Shown piece by piece: positions 36,001-48,388 of a DNA stretch of 64,000 nucleotides. The position numbers and the translations under genes were made by a program. Origin of the DNA: Balamuthia mandrillaris (Eukaryota); contig JAVKOQ020000033.1 in assembly GCA_031835245.2 (NCBI GenBank), forward strand, positions 62,001 through 126,000, written 5' to 3'. The stretch's first letter is position 1. Every line of letters starts with the position of its first letter. Below the pieces are notes generated by a model. The model was not told where the DNA came from. It saw only the letters and a program-made list of their open reading frames with translations, and made no database searches.

Positions 36001-38990
36001 AAAAAAGCGACCCTGGACAAGCGTGGCTCCTGTGCTTTGAGAAGCAGAGAATTAAACATATTTCTCAACAACAAAGCTGCTATGCGCAGAGAGGAGGAAG
36101 GGCGTGAATCCCGACGCTTCAAACGCATCTTGGGCAACGTGCAAGTGCGTGAAACCGGTGGCACGGAAAGTGCTTTCAAGCCCGCAATGCCCTTCCATCA
36201 AGAGCCAAGAATGTACAGATTGCATTTCCAGCCTCCCATTAATGCCAGCAGTGTAGCGGCGGCAGCAGGAAAGAGAAACTTGGGCATGTTCACGATGACA
36301 CAAGTCCGCCCCTCTATCTATTCCCTCAACAAGAGCGATGTCTTCGTTCTGGATGGCGGCTCCGATGGATGGGTCTTCCAATGGAATGGCAGCAAAGCGG
36401 ACCTTCGATTGATTTACAAAGGGCATGAGGTAGTGACTCGCATCGCTAACTACGAGAGAAGTTGCAGAAGCAGAATTAGGGTTGTGGAGGAAGGTAGAGA
36501 ATTGGAGGAATGCGAACAGTACAAGGCAACCTACGTGGAAGCCAGGACTAAGCAAAAGCAGGAGAAGGAGAAGTTGTTGAGTGAGGCGAAGGCGCGGAAG
36601 GAAAAAGCAGCAGCCTTCATTGATGTGGTAGAGGAGAGCGAGTACAGACAAGAAGCTGATTTGGTGATAACTAGCTTCTTTGACTATCTTCGTGAGAAGA
36701 CTATGGTTCGCATCTCTCTCTATTTTTTTTAAAAAAAAACGTTTAACTTTATTTTTGTTCCACAGGAGGAATCAATGCCAGAAAAAGGACCAGAGGTCAT
36801 CGATATTAATCTCCTCTGCCGAACAAAGATCGATCCGGAAACCGGCAAGCCCGCCCTTGACAACATCCGCTCCAATACCGACACCTCCATCCCTCTCTCC
36901 AAGACCATGCTTCTCACGGACTCTTGTTGCGTGCTGGACGCCGACACAGAGCTCTATGTCTGGATCGGCAGAAAAAGCACCCCCATCGAGCGGCAAGTAG
37001 CCAAGGCCGTGGCCAGGAAGTTCCGCAGCAACCCCGCCAGAGACAGACCTACCTGGACCCCCATCAGCATCGCCTACGAGGGAGCGGAGCCCGTGGCCTT
37101 TATTAGCAAGTTCCCTGATTGGGTGGCTCAGCTCTTTGCTCCGCTGCCATCCAACTTTGCTGCTGCTCTTATGCGCACGGACAGGATCGCACCGGACTTT
37201 GCTCAGCCGGACCTGAAAGTCGAGAACCTGTTGGCTCCGCCGGTCATTCCAGAGGAAAGCATGGTTGATGACTGCCAGGGCAAGGTTGAGGTGTGGGCCA
37301 TCAACGACGGAAAACCCACCTTCACTAAGTTGTCTACCAACGAGCGTGGTCACTTCTACACAGGAGGTCAGCCTCTCTCTCTCTCTCTCTCTCTCCCTTT
37401 CTCACATACAACTGCTGACAACGAGTTTGGTAATGCAGACTGCTATCTCATCTTGTATACATACCACAACAAGGAAGACAACATGAAACAAGCCTACATC
37501 TGTTACTTCTGGGAGGGCCGAAGCAGTAGTCCCCACTGGTGGCCAGCCTTCCTCTTTGGCTTCTACCCTGTGCTGGAGAAGAAGATCCAAGCCTCAGGCG
37601 GTCGCCCCCCTCTCAAAATCCGTATCCAGGAACACAAAGAGCCTGCTCACTTTCTCCAACTCTTTGGCGGGATGCTTATCATCCATGAGGGCAAGAGAAC
37701 CAAGAAGAATATGCCCACACTGCGCACCAAACCGTTAGAAAAGCGCAAGGAGTTTTTCCATGTGCGCCGAACGCAGGCTGGCAAGACGCACGCCATCGAG
37801 GTTGCTGCCACCACCAAGTCCCTCAACTCGTTGGATTCGTTTGTGCTGCGCACTCCTGAGAAGATCTTTGTGTGGTATGGCAAGGGTACCAAGTACGAGG
37901 ACAGCAACGTGGTGGAGAAGGTCTACGAGATGCTGCAAGGCGAGAGGCAGCTGGAGGTCTTTGAGGAGGGCAACGAGGTGTTGGACTTTTGGAACGTGCT
38001 CGGCGGGTTCACTGAATGGGAGTGCAATGAGAAGTGGATCAAGAAATACTCCAGCAGGCCGCGTCTCTATGAGTTTTCTCACTCGGCGGGAGTGTTTGGG
38101 TGGACGGAGATTGTGGACTTTTGGCAGACAGATCTGTTGCCTACAAATGTGTATCTCATGGACACCTTTTATGAGGTCTATGTTTGGTTGGGTAAGACCG
38201 CTAGTGAATCTCTTTACAAGAAGGTACGCGTTCCTTTTTTAAAAGCTTTTGTCTATTTGAACATTTTTTAAATCACTGTTATGTTACAATACAGGTGCTT
38301 GAATTCGCTAATGCGTACATACGAGAGATGGCTAAAAAGCGTCGCATGTTTGTGCAGCTGCATTCCATACAATCTGGTTCGTCTCCTTTTCTCTGTCTCT
38401 CTTTTGAACCGTAACAAAACAAGAAAGAAAGCCAACACTAATTTTCTTGCATCCATTTTTCAGGAGAAGAACCTTCCGACTTTATTCGCCACTTCCACAC
38501 ATGGGAGATGAAGGAGCCTTTCCTGGACCCAATCCTCAAGCGAGAGGAGAAGTACGCCGACCTGCTCTTCCAAGAGTACAAACAATTCGAGAAGGAGGAG
38601 AAAGCCAACAAAGCCAAATTAAAGCGGGAGAGAGCAAGACTTTATATGGAGTACGGCCCGTTGCTCTCCATCGATTGGGTGGAGGTCATTCGAAGGGAGC
38701 TGCCGGAGCTGGTGGTGGACCCTGGAGCCAGCGACAGCGACGAGTTTTATGACTCTGGGGATGACGTGGAAGAGATTTTGGATGCAGAGGAAGAAGACAT
38801 TTACATGAGGTTAGTTCATTCTTTTTTTTTTTTTTTTTGCTTTTGGTTTTCATTTTCATTATTTTTTCTAACTATGTTATTGCCATGAAACAGCGGAGAT
38901 GAATATGTGGGAAGTGATGGAGAGGAGGAATGGGTGGATGGAGATGATCTGCTGGAGGAAGATATTACACTTAGCGATGACGAGCTTTAA
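33017..38990 (+). CDS. Large gelsolin/villin-family actin-binding protein with a long charged N-terminal region and acidic C-terminal tail (multi-exon)
   Basis: Gelsolin repeats: EPGIYIWRME...FYSEDCYLIL...WLGKKAT, SLNKSDVFVLD...VFQWNGS, CCVLDADTELYVWIG, GHFYTGDCYLILYTY...YFWEG, SLNSLDSFVL...IFVWYG and DLLPTNVYLMDTFYEVYVWLG. No headpiece seen. Confidence 0.9.
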
Positions 38991-39485
38991 AACAAGAACG
39001 ATAGTTAACGAAGGAGGAGAAAAAAAAGAACAAAGACAAATTTATGGAGAAGCTTGCTTGTGGTACACTAAAGAATCAAATGCAGGGATGGAAGGAAGTA
39101 TTATTATTATTTTTTTTTCGCTTGCTTTTAACACATTTATTTTTGCTGCTGTTGTTTGTAACATAAGATACCAATCCTTTCCTTTCTTTTTTTTTTCTTT
39201 TCTTTTTTTTTCTTTTATTATTTTTTAATTTGTGGATAATTTTTCGGGACCGCTCTCCTCTCCTCTCTCATGTCTTTTCCCTTTTCGTAACGTCGACAAA
39301 TATTTCTTTTCCCTTTTTGTGATTGGCTATCTTTGGCTTCATACTCCGTCCCCATTGCCGAGTGTCCAACGATCTTCCTGCATAGCAGCTGGACACCTGG
39401 TTTAATTGGCGGGTAATAAATAAAAAAAGAAAAGAAAGTAACGCAAAAAAAAATAAATAAATAAAGAAGAGAGAGGAAAGCAAAG

Positions 39486-42400
39486 ATGCAGCCGCGAAAG
39501 TCAGCCAAGTTGGCTGGGCTGTGCAACTTTTTCGATGAAGGGGCTCAAGGCGGAGCCATCGAACGAGACCCTCGCTTCTCCTCCCTTTTTCCCGAAGATG
39601 ACCCCTCCTCCGCTAGTAGTACCAAAGGCAGAACGACCATATCTCTCTCCAAGGCTGCTGGCCGCAATGGTGCTACGCAGCAGCAACAGCAACAGCAACA
39701 AGCATGCCCTCATTGTGGAGCTGTGCCCCGTCACTACGTTGTTGATCAGAAATATTGCGAGCAATGCGGAGAGCCTTTTAAACTTGCTACGCCGAAAGGT
39801 TTGTTTGTTCATTTTTTATTTATTTTTCGACAGATTAAAAAAGATTTGATTTTTTTCTGATTCACCTTTTTTTTTTGTTTTATTATTTTTTTATATTTTG
39901 CTCTTTTTTTTTAAAAAAACCAAAATAGCTCCAGTTCGAACTACGAGCAAGTCAGTGATTGTCTCTCGTCGTTACATCAAAACCACGCCGCCGACCAAGG
40001 CTACCACCACTACGACCCCAACAATAACAAGTTTGCGGAAAGCTGCCACTACCACTACCACTTCCACTGCCGCTTCCACCCAAAAGACTTCCGCCATTCC
40101 TTTCTCTTCTTCTTCCGCCTCCGTCACTTCCTCCGGCTCGTTTATTGCAGCGAAAAGCAAAGGCAGCCATCGTCGCCAACACAGTGCCGACAACACGACA
40201 ACTGCTGCCATTTCCATCTCTCCTCGTTCTTCTCCTTCTTCCGTTTCAGCTTCTTCGTCTTCGTCTTCAACTACTTCTTTCACGGTGGGCTCGGCTCCTT
40301 CACCCTCGTGGGCTTCTTCACCCTCCTCTCGCCTTCGCACTCGTGCTATTACGAGTGGCACTAACTCCACCCCTTCTTCTCCTTCCTTTTCTTCTTCCAC
40401 TCCATTGTCATCCGCTTCATCGCCATCCACCATACTTAGAGGCGCCAACAACCACAATAGCAGCAACACGAATAACATGTTGGACATCATGAAGAATGGA
40501 GTAGATGAGAGAGATAAAGCCATCGCCTTGGCCAAAGCCAAAGCAGCCGCCCACGCTCGAGCAAGAGAGGCTGCCGCTCAGGAACAAGCCAAACTGGAAC
40601 GAACTAACAGCGTTTTGAGTGTCACGACCATTACTGCAAAAGATTTCAAAGCTGCTTATTCTGCATCTGCACCTTCTTCTCCGTCTTATTCTTCCTCCTC
40701 TCCACCCGCCTCTCCGACTTCTTCTGGTTCGTTCAAAGCGTCACCGCTTTCCAGACGTTCGAAGAGGAAACATCAGGCCCCTAAGAAGAGTTTACCTGCC
40801 ATTCCCTCCAACCCCAATTCTCCATCTCCCTCTCGCAAAGGTCTATATTATGCTGTCTATGCTTTCTAGCTTTGCTTCTATTTTTATTTTCTCTCCTCTT
40901 CGTTTCCTTCTGATCTCTACTCACTGAATGACTACGTTAAAACCTGAGCAGAAGGTGGGAAAAAGGAAGTCAGCTTGGAGACAAGGCGACAACAAGTTAC
41001 GGAGGAAATCATTTCAACGGAAGAGGATTACGTCCGAGACTTAGATATTATCATTGACGTTAGTCTCTCAGCCTCCACTTGCTCTTTCCCTCCTTCCCTC
41101 TCCCTCCATTTGTTGACATTTCTTCTTTTTAGGTATTCCTCAAACCATTGAGAGAAGGGGAACTGCTGAATAAAACGCAGATCATGAACGTTTTCTCCAA
41201 CATTGAAATGATTGCAACTGTCAATAAAGAGCTCTTCAACAACCTGAAGACCAAATCCGTTGGTCAAGCCTTTCTCAGCGTCGTACGTCTCTACTACCCT
41301 CTTTTAGAGAGGGCATTGTTCTTTGATGCTCTGTTTATTGTAAAGCTTCTGACATATCCTTTTAATTCAAACAGGTGGACTATCTGAAGCTCTATTCGGT
41401 TTACTGTGGAAATCAGGAGAATGCACTGAACCAAATCAACAAGTTGAGGTCATCCAATTCGGAGTTTGATTCGTTCTTAGAGGTTTACTTTCCTCGCTTT
41501 TTTGTTTGTTTGTTTGTTTTGCTCTAACTTTTTTGTCCTTTTAGTATTGTCACAGCCTTCCTGACCTTCGCAGCCTTGACCTCTATGCATTTCTTATCAA
41601 GGTATCTCCTCTTCTCCCTCTTTCCCTCCGCTTCTTTCTTTTTGACTTGTTCTCTATCTTTACATAGCCAATTCAACGAATCTGTAAATATCCATTGCTG
41701 CTTGGGGTACTTGATCGCTTTTTTTTTGGGTCTTCTTTCCTTCGCATACTAAACGTTGATGTTTTCACTTGTGCAGGAATTGTTGAAATGCACTCAGGAA
41801 AGTCATCCAGACCATGCTCTTCTCACGTCTGCGCTGCAAAAGATGAAGGATACGGTATCCCTCATCAATCAAAAGAAAAGAGATTTCGAACTCTCTCTTC
41901 GAATGTACGAGCTTTCCAAATTGCTCGAATTCCCAAAGGTTTTTTTCTTTCTTCCTTGTAGTCCTTCGTTCTTCTCTCTTTAAATTTTAACACCACGTTC
42001 AAATATTTTCATTCATCTTTAACAAAACAAAACAGAACGAAGATATAAAACTGATGGAGGATCCAGGTAGACGCCTCATAAGCGAAGGGCCACTTACTGT
42101 TCTAGTTGGAAAGAAGCGAAAGGCCTCCGAAGGGCATTACTTCCTTTTCACCGATCTGTTCTTCTTCGTCAAGCCCCGCGGCAAGAACTACGTGGTTAAA
42201 ACCAAGTTGAACTTAATGGATTGTGTTTGTGGGGATTTGGAAGATGAAGAAAGTGAAGAAGCCAGCAGCAACACGGACAATGCTTGTTGCTTCCGGCTCG
42301 TCGAGATAGACAAACAACAGCTGTTGCTGTGTTGTTCTTCTGTAGCTGAGAAAGATGAGTTGAAGAAGAAGATCGATGACACCCTCTCCGTCTTCTTGGC

Positions 42401-42902
42401 ATCTAATTATAACAAATGGGTCAAGAAGCAACAAGGTTGGAATCATTTCTCTCTCGTTTCTTTCTTCTCTCCTATTCCTTCTTTTATTTATTTACAATTT
42501 CTTGTCATTTCTTATTCAGATAACGGAGGAAGCAGAATATCAGGAGAGTTGAACTTGGGAGGCAAAGCCAACGAACCCCAACAAATCAAAAGCTTCAACG
42601 ACTGGAAGAAAGAAGCGGCCAACAGACCTCTTAACAACAAAGCTTCCTCCTCCTCCGACCCTCTGGAGATCCGCTGTCATGGGCCCTCCGACGTGACAAA
42701 GAGGATCAAGGTCGAGACAGGCAGCAACAAAAGCTTCAACACATTGCAGCAGTCCGTAAAAGACAAGTTCAGGTTGACGAAACCATTCACCCTTCACTAC
42801 AGCAAACCCAACAGCAAGGAACGTGCCGCAATTACCTCTCAGAAAGATTTAGAAGAGGCGTTACGAACGGAATGTGTTGACTTGTATATTGTATTCCCTT
42901 GA
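39486..42902 (+). CDS. RhoGEF (DH-PH) with N-terminal zinc ribbon and C-terminal PB1-like domain (multi-exon)
   Basis: CPHCG...YCEQCG near the N-terminus. DH EEIISTEEDYVRDL...VFSNIE...FLIKPIQRICKYPLLLGELLKCT..HPD; PH RRLISEGPL..YFLFTDLFF; PB1-like IRCH..VTKRIKV...SFNTLQQSVKDKF...LHY...ITSQKDLEEAL. Confidence 0.9.
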
Positions 42903-43062
42903 AAATAATAGTATTATTAAAGTTTATAATTTTTATTCGTTTCAAGAAGAACGTTAGCGAGAAGAACGACGACAAGAAAGAAAGAAACGACAAGAAAGAA
43001 AACATTTCTGTTCAAAATAATTTGTTAAAACATGAAAAAGACAGGATTTTCTGCTTTTGGGT

Positions 43063-46000
43063 TTAGGACGACTCACTGAATGGAGAGTCGGCAAATCGAA
43101 TCTTTCTCTGATTGCTACTGCTACCCTCACTGTCAGAGCCAGAGGAGAATGGCATCTCCGTGGCTTCCAAGTCCAAATCATACTTGTCCTTTCCTTTTCC
43201 TTCTCTTTTCACTCCTTTCCCTCCTCTTTTTACTTGTCGTTTGCCACTGTTTCGTCTTCCTCGTCGGAGCCGACCTTGTTCGGCCAAGTCATCTGCTTCA
43301 TCATCTTCTTCGGAAGAGTCTTCTTCGTCATCTTCTCCGGCTTCGGTGAGAGGGATCATCTCAGTGTCAATGACTTGACGATCCTCTCCTCCAAACACGC
43401 TAAACGTCCTTCCCAATAGCGAAGAACAGCCTTCCACAGGTATCAGGCGAACTACAAATGCTATAGAGAGGAGAGACGGAAACAGTGGTGAGAGGGGAAA
43501 AGGAGCAAAGAACAGAGGAGAAGAAAGTACCAAGGGGAACGCTGAGCGCTCCAAAACCGATGCAAAGCATCCACTGACCAAAAGTAATGCCAGTAGTTTT
43601 GAGGGCCTTACCGCCAACCTCCACCATCAATATTTGGCCAATTATAGTCACAACGATGACACCAATGAACAAGTAGTTTGTTAGCAATCCTTTGAACACG
43701 TTCAACTCTGTTTTTTTGTGGGCATGAAAAAAGTAAGATGATGAGCTAATCAATCGAAAGAGCAGAACTAGAAAGAGACAAAGATACCGTTATTGACTTT
43801 TCTGCAGTTGATCTCGTTGAAGATTTGCAACCACACAAACGTATTGAAGATGATGGTAAAGTGCTGGACGCCATCCTCCTCTACACCCAAGAATCCCGCA
43901 CCACTGTAAAGCAAGATGCAGAGGACGACCACCTGATAGAGCGACTGGAAGAGGATGTTGCGCCACATGATGGAGGAGATGGGCAACTTCTCTTGGAGGC
44001 CGTAGGGCTTCCTTTGGAGCAGCTCTGGAGTGGGTTTCTCGGTACCGAGGGCGAGGGCTGCCATCGTGTCCATGATGAGGTTCACCCACAGCAGCTGCAC
44101 AGCATTGAGGGGCGTGCCATGTTGTGTTCCCGCTGCAATCAAAGCAAAGATCAATGCCGACTGTAGGTATATTAAAAGAGAACGAATAGTTAATCACTTG
44201 TTTGGTCTGTGTATTTTGTGGGAAATGGGAAGAAAGCGTACAAAGTTAACAGTGAGCTGGAACTGAAGGAATTTCTTGATGTTGTCGTAGACACAACGAC
44301 CCCACATCACAGCTAGAACGATTGACTTGAAGTTGTCATCCAAAATTACAATGTCTATATTTACACACGATGAGTTTTTAAGTTTCTAATACAAAGGAAA
44401 AGACAAACCAGAAGCTTGTTTGGCAACATCTGTGCCAGAAAGACCCATTGCCAAACCAACGTGAGCTGCCTTCAGGGCAGGACCATCGTTCGTTCCGTCT
44501 CCTGTTACTGCGACGACTTCATTGTTTGCTCTCAACCTTTTTTGTTGGTTAGAAATATTCAAAAGTAACAAACACAAGAGAGAGAGAAACCTTTCCACAA
44601 GTTTCTGTTTGTCGGTAGGGATAGAGCGAGCAAGCACTTGGAGACGGGGCAGGATTTGATCGATTTCAGCGTTGGACATGGCGCGGAATTGGGGTCCCTC
44701 CATTGCCAGTCCTCCTTCCGTCAAAATACCACAATCACGTGCAATCTTAGTTGCCGTTTTGATGTCTATTTGAAAGTTAAGGATCATTCATAGTATGGGT
44801 AGGAGAGAAGGTAGAAAGAAAAGAAAACAAGGATACTGTCGCCAGTAACCATGCGCACACAGATGCCAGCCTGTTGGCAGGTGCGTACTGCGTGCGGTAC
44901 TTCAGGTCTCACAGGATCCTGTTAAAACACATGATTAATAAGCAGCCCACCAATGAGAGAAAGAGAGAGGAGAGTGATGCACGAACTTCAATGCCAACAA
45001 GACAAACAAAGATAAGGTTATCCTCAGGGGGTTCCCACTGGTCATCCTCCTCATCAGCCTCCCACTCGCTCGGATGATCAAAGTCCTTATAAGCAATACC
45101 AATGGTACGCAAGCCCGAGTCAGCCATGCGGTTGATGCAGTTGGTGAGCTCGTCGCGCATAGCAGAGTCTATCGTTTGGATCTCTCCTTTGGCGTTCAAC
45201 GCATGAGAGGAACGTTCGAGAATGGTCTCGCTGGCTCCTTTAGTAAACATGCGATAGGGATGCTCCATCTCGCCCTCTTCTTCCATACTAACGATGGTGC
45301 TCATGCGCTTGCGGTCGGAAGTAAAGTTGAAGAGATGGAGAACGCGTTCGTCGTGTTCAAATTGCTTACGCACGTCGCTGTAGTGCCAACCGCTAGGGGC
45401 GAGAGAGGAGGCAAAGACCAGCAGTGCGCATTCCGTTTTGTTACCAATGAAAGTAGGTAACGCCGTCTCGGACTGTTTATGAAAGAGATAATTGGTTTCT
45501 TTAAAGGAAAAATATGCTCGAAGCAAAGGAAAACGTACGATGTCGCGACTTTCAGAGGTAGGAGCGATAACCTCCGCTTTGGAGTTAACTGCAATGCCTA
45601 CAGTCAACAGGTTGGTTACCTGCTCATCAACATCCACGGAGGGAGGCAAGGAACGGAACTCCTTTCCAGCTACCCATCCCTATAAAAATATAAATATCCT
45701 TTAGCATAACAAGACCATTGTGGTAGATGAGAGAGGGAGAGAGAAAGAAGAAAGCAGAACAAATTTTTTTACCTCAACCACAGTCATTCTGTTTTCAGTA
45801 AGGGTGCCCGTCTTGTCGGAGCAAATGTTAGTAGCACCGCCCATAGTCTCGCAGGCAGCCAGTCTGCGCACTAAGCAATTGTCGTTCATCATTTGCTTCA
45901 TTGAAAAGGCAAGAGACAGTGTTACAGCCAAAGGTAAGCCCTCGGGCACAGCCACCACCACGATGGTGATGGCAATGATGGCAAAATTTACAACATCCGG

Positions 46001-47643
46001 AAGGTCACTCCATTCCAAACCCAAGTCTTCTATCTTTTCACTGGAGAAAATAACGATAATATTAAGAGGCGAAGATAGAGCAAATGAGAGAAGAGCAAGG
46101 AGGAGTAAGGGAGGAGAGAAAGAAGAGAGCACGAACGAGCAAGTTGTATATTCAGTTCCGCCAATAGTGGAGGAAATACACTTGACGATGGTGGCTTGGC
46201 CAGTCACTTGTTCGTAAATCCAAAACACCAGCAACACAACAAAGATGGCAGTTGCAGAGCCCAAACCACCCCATCCAATCCCTATTATTATTGTTATTAT
46301 TAATAATCTCAAGAGAAGAGAGGAAAAGAGATAGAGAAAAAGAGGAAAGGGGAAAAAAAAGGAAAAGGGGAAAACTGAAGAGATCAGAAAGAAGGGAGAT
46401 TTGGCAAGAAGACATACATCCAGCCAAGGCATCAAGCTTGTCTTCCAATGGAGTGCTAGTCTTAGGGGCTTGAAGGTTCTTGAACAGAATACCGTACTGA
46501 GACTCCTCGCCAACAGCAATAACCAACATTTTGGCCATGCCCTGCGCGATTGTTGCTCCGGACAACATGACTGGGTATTTGTGATCAACGTGAACCGCGT
46601 TGGCTTCTCCCGTCATAACAGAATTATCGACGCGACATTCTATTCAAGTTCAGCTGTTAGTACAACAAATCCCAGAGAATGGGAAGAAAGCAAGAAACGA
46701 CAAGAAAGATAGAAACAAAAAGCAGAAAAGGAAGGAACCATCAGCGCCACGGCTGTCAATGAAGAGGCCATCAGCGGGAATACGCTCTCCCAAGTCCAGC
46801 ATTACCACATCTCCTACCAAAAGGTCCCTGGAAGAGATCTCTACGGGCACGCCATTGCGCAGCACCTCCACCGGCTTATCCTGCTTCTCCTTGTCCAGCT
46901 TCTTGAACTGCTTCTCCTTGGCGTAGTTGTTGGCAGCTGCGACGTTGGACACCAAGATCACGGTAACGAGGATGGCCGTGCCTTCAATCCAGGCAGTACC
47001 TTCCTCTCCTTCAGGAGGCCAAATGATACCAAAGAGCAAAGACACAACGGCTGCTACGGACAGAATAATGAGGGTTGGGTCTTGGAGGCCCTCCCACAGT
47101 AACTCGAAGAAACCTTGTGACGGTGGATCTGGTAGTTCATTCACGCCAAATCTATTTCGAGTGGAAAAAGGGCAACAGAAAAACAAGGCGCAAGTCAGAG
47201 AGAGAGAGAGAACGAAAGATGAGCGGAGAGGAGAGAAGAGAGGAAGAAGAGAAGACGAGAAAGCGCAAAAGAAGCAGAGAGCAGAGAGCAGAGAGCAGAG
47301 AGAAGAGAGGAAGAAGAGAAGACGAGAAAGCGCAAAAGAAGCAGAGAGCAGAGAGCAGAGAGCAGAGAGCAGAGAGCAGAGAGCAGAGAGCAAGGAGCAG
47401 AGAGCAGAGAGCAGAGAGCAGAGAGCAGAGAGCAGAGAGAACGGCACGTAACTGCCTCTTCCTGTCTTCGCAACCGTATTTCAGTTCCTGTGCGGAGAGG
47501 CCCGTATCCAGAGAGACGCTTAACAGCTCAGCGACGCCAGAGACGCCTCCATACTCACGCAACAGTTTTCTCTGCTTCTTCTTCTCGGCGGTTACGAGAT
47601 CGCACAGCTCCTCTGTGGTGATATCAAAGCCTCCTTCTCCCAT
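43063..47643 (-). CDS. P2B-type (PMCA-like) Ca2+-transporting ATPase (multi-exon)
   Basis: [72 protein letters not shown] and FNEINCR. Similar in type to Dictyostelium PatA. Confidence 0.95.
44766..44836 (-). other. U12-type (minor spliceosome) GT-AG intron in the Ca2+ ATPase gene
   Basis: The donor reads GTATCCTT, and the branch site TCCTTAAC lies about 10 nt before the AG. Removal restores MVTGD-N-IKTA. Confidence 0.85.
47220..47440. repeat. (GAGAGCA)n heptamer minisatellite with an internal direct duplication, in the first ATPase intron
   Basis: Many tandem GAGAGCA units. The block AGAGGAAGAAGAGAAGACGAGAAAGCGCAAAAGAAGC occurs twice. Confidence 0.9.
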
Positions 47644-48388
47644 TTCGTTCTGTTTTCTTCAAAAACAATAATAAATAATAAAAAAGTGCCTTCTTAAAAA
47701 AAAATAAAGAAATATTTTTTTTGTCAACACAAAATCGATCGGAGAAAGAGACAAAAGCTAAGAGAAGAAAAAAGATTTAAAAAAATAATAACGTACCGGT
47801 TTTCTTAATCGGATATGTAAACTTTGGTTTTTTTTTTTGGCCAAAAGCCCCCCCTCTTTCCCCTGTATGTATGGCCTCACTCACAGCGGAGATCTCTTCC
47901 AGGGGCCGGCAGAGCTCTGGGACTTTGGGGAGCGCAAAAGTACGTAGCAAAGAAGCGTAGGCGTCTCCAATTAAAAAAAAAAAACCCTTTCACTTTCTTC
48001 GTCAGTCGACCCTTTTTCTTTTTTTTCCTCTTTGGGTGGAACCCTCAATCGCGGCAAACCCTTAGATGGAAAATCACGGAGTTCATTCAAATGAAAAACT
48101 TCCATAAAAGGATTTAGGAGATTTCTTACCCCTTTTAATTGCAATCGCCCTACTCATGGAAGGGTTAACGAAACCAGACACAGCAGGAAAAGTCTGGCTC
48201 CGTTACTTTTGCCTTATTCGCTGGGCGAAAAATGAAGCTTGGCCTATTCACCATGAATGTGCACTTTGCCCGATGATGCTCCGCCAAGTTTCTCTTGTAT
48301 GAAAGAATTGCGTATTGCGATTCTAGGAAAACTTTCTCATTTCCTAGAAACGTATGTTAGAACAGAAAAGCTCTGTTGCCATCAAAGG

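Noticed and set aside
38976..38990. C-terminal DDEL as an ER-retention signal
   Set aside because: The protein has no signal peptide and is a cytosolic actin-binding type. The motif is part of an acidic tail.
43708..43787. ATPase intron with donor GTATCTTT
   Set aside because: No U12-type branch site near the acceptor.
23224..47643. RasGEF, gelsolin, RhoGEF and Ca2+ pump as a functional gene cluster
   Set aside because: These families are large in amoebae, so adjacency can be chance. There is no evidence of co-regulation beyond one divergent spacer.
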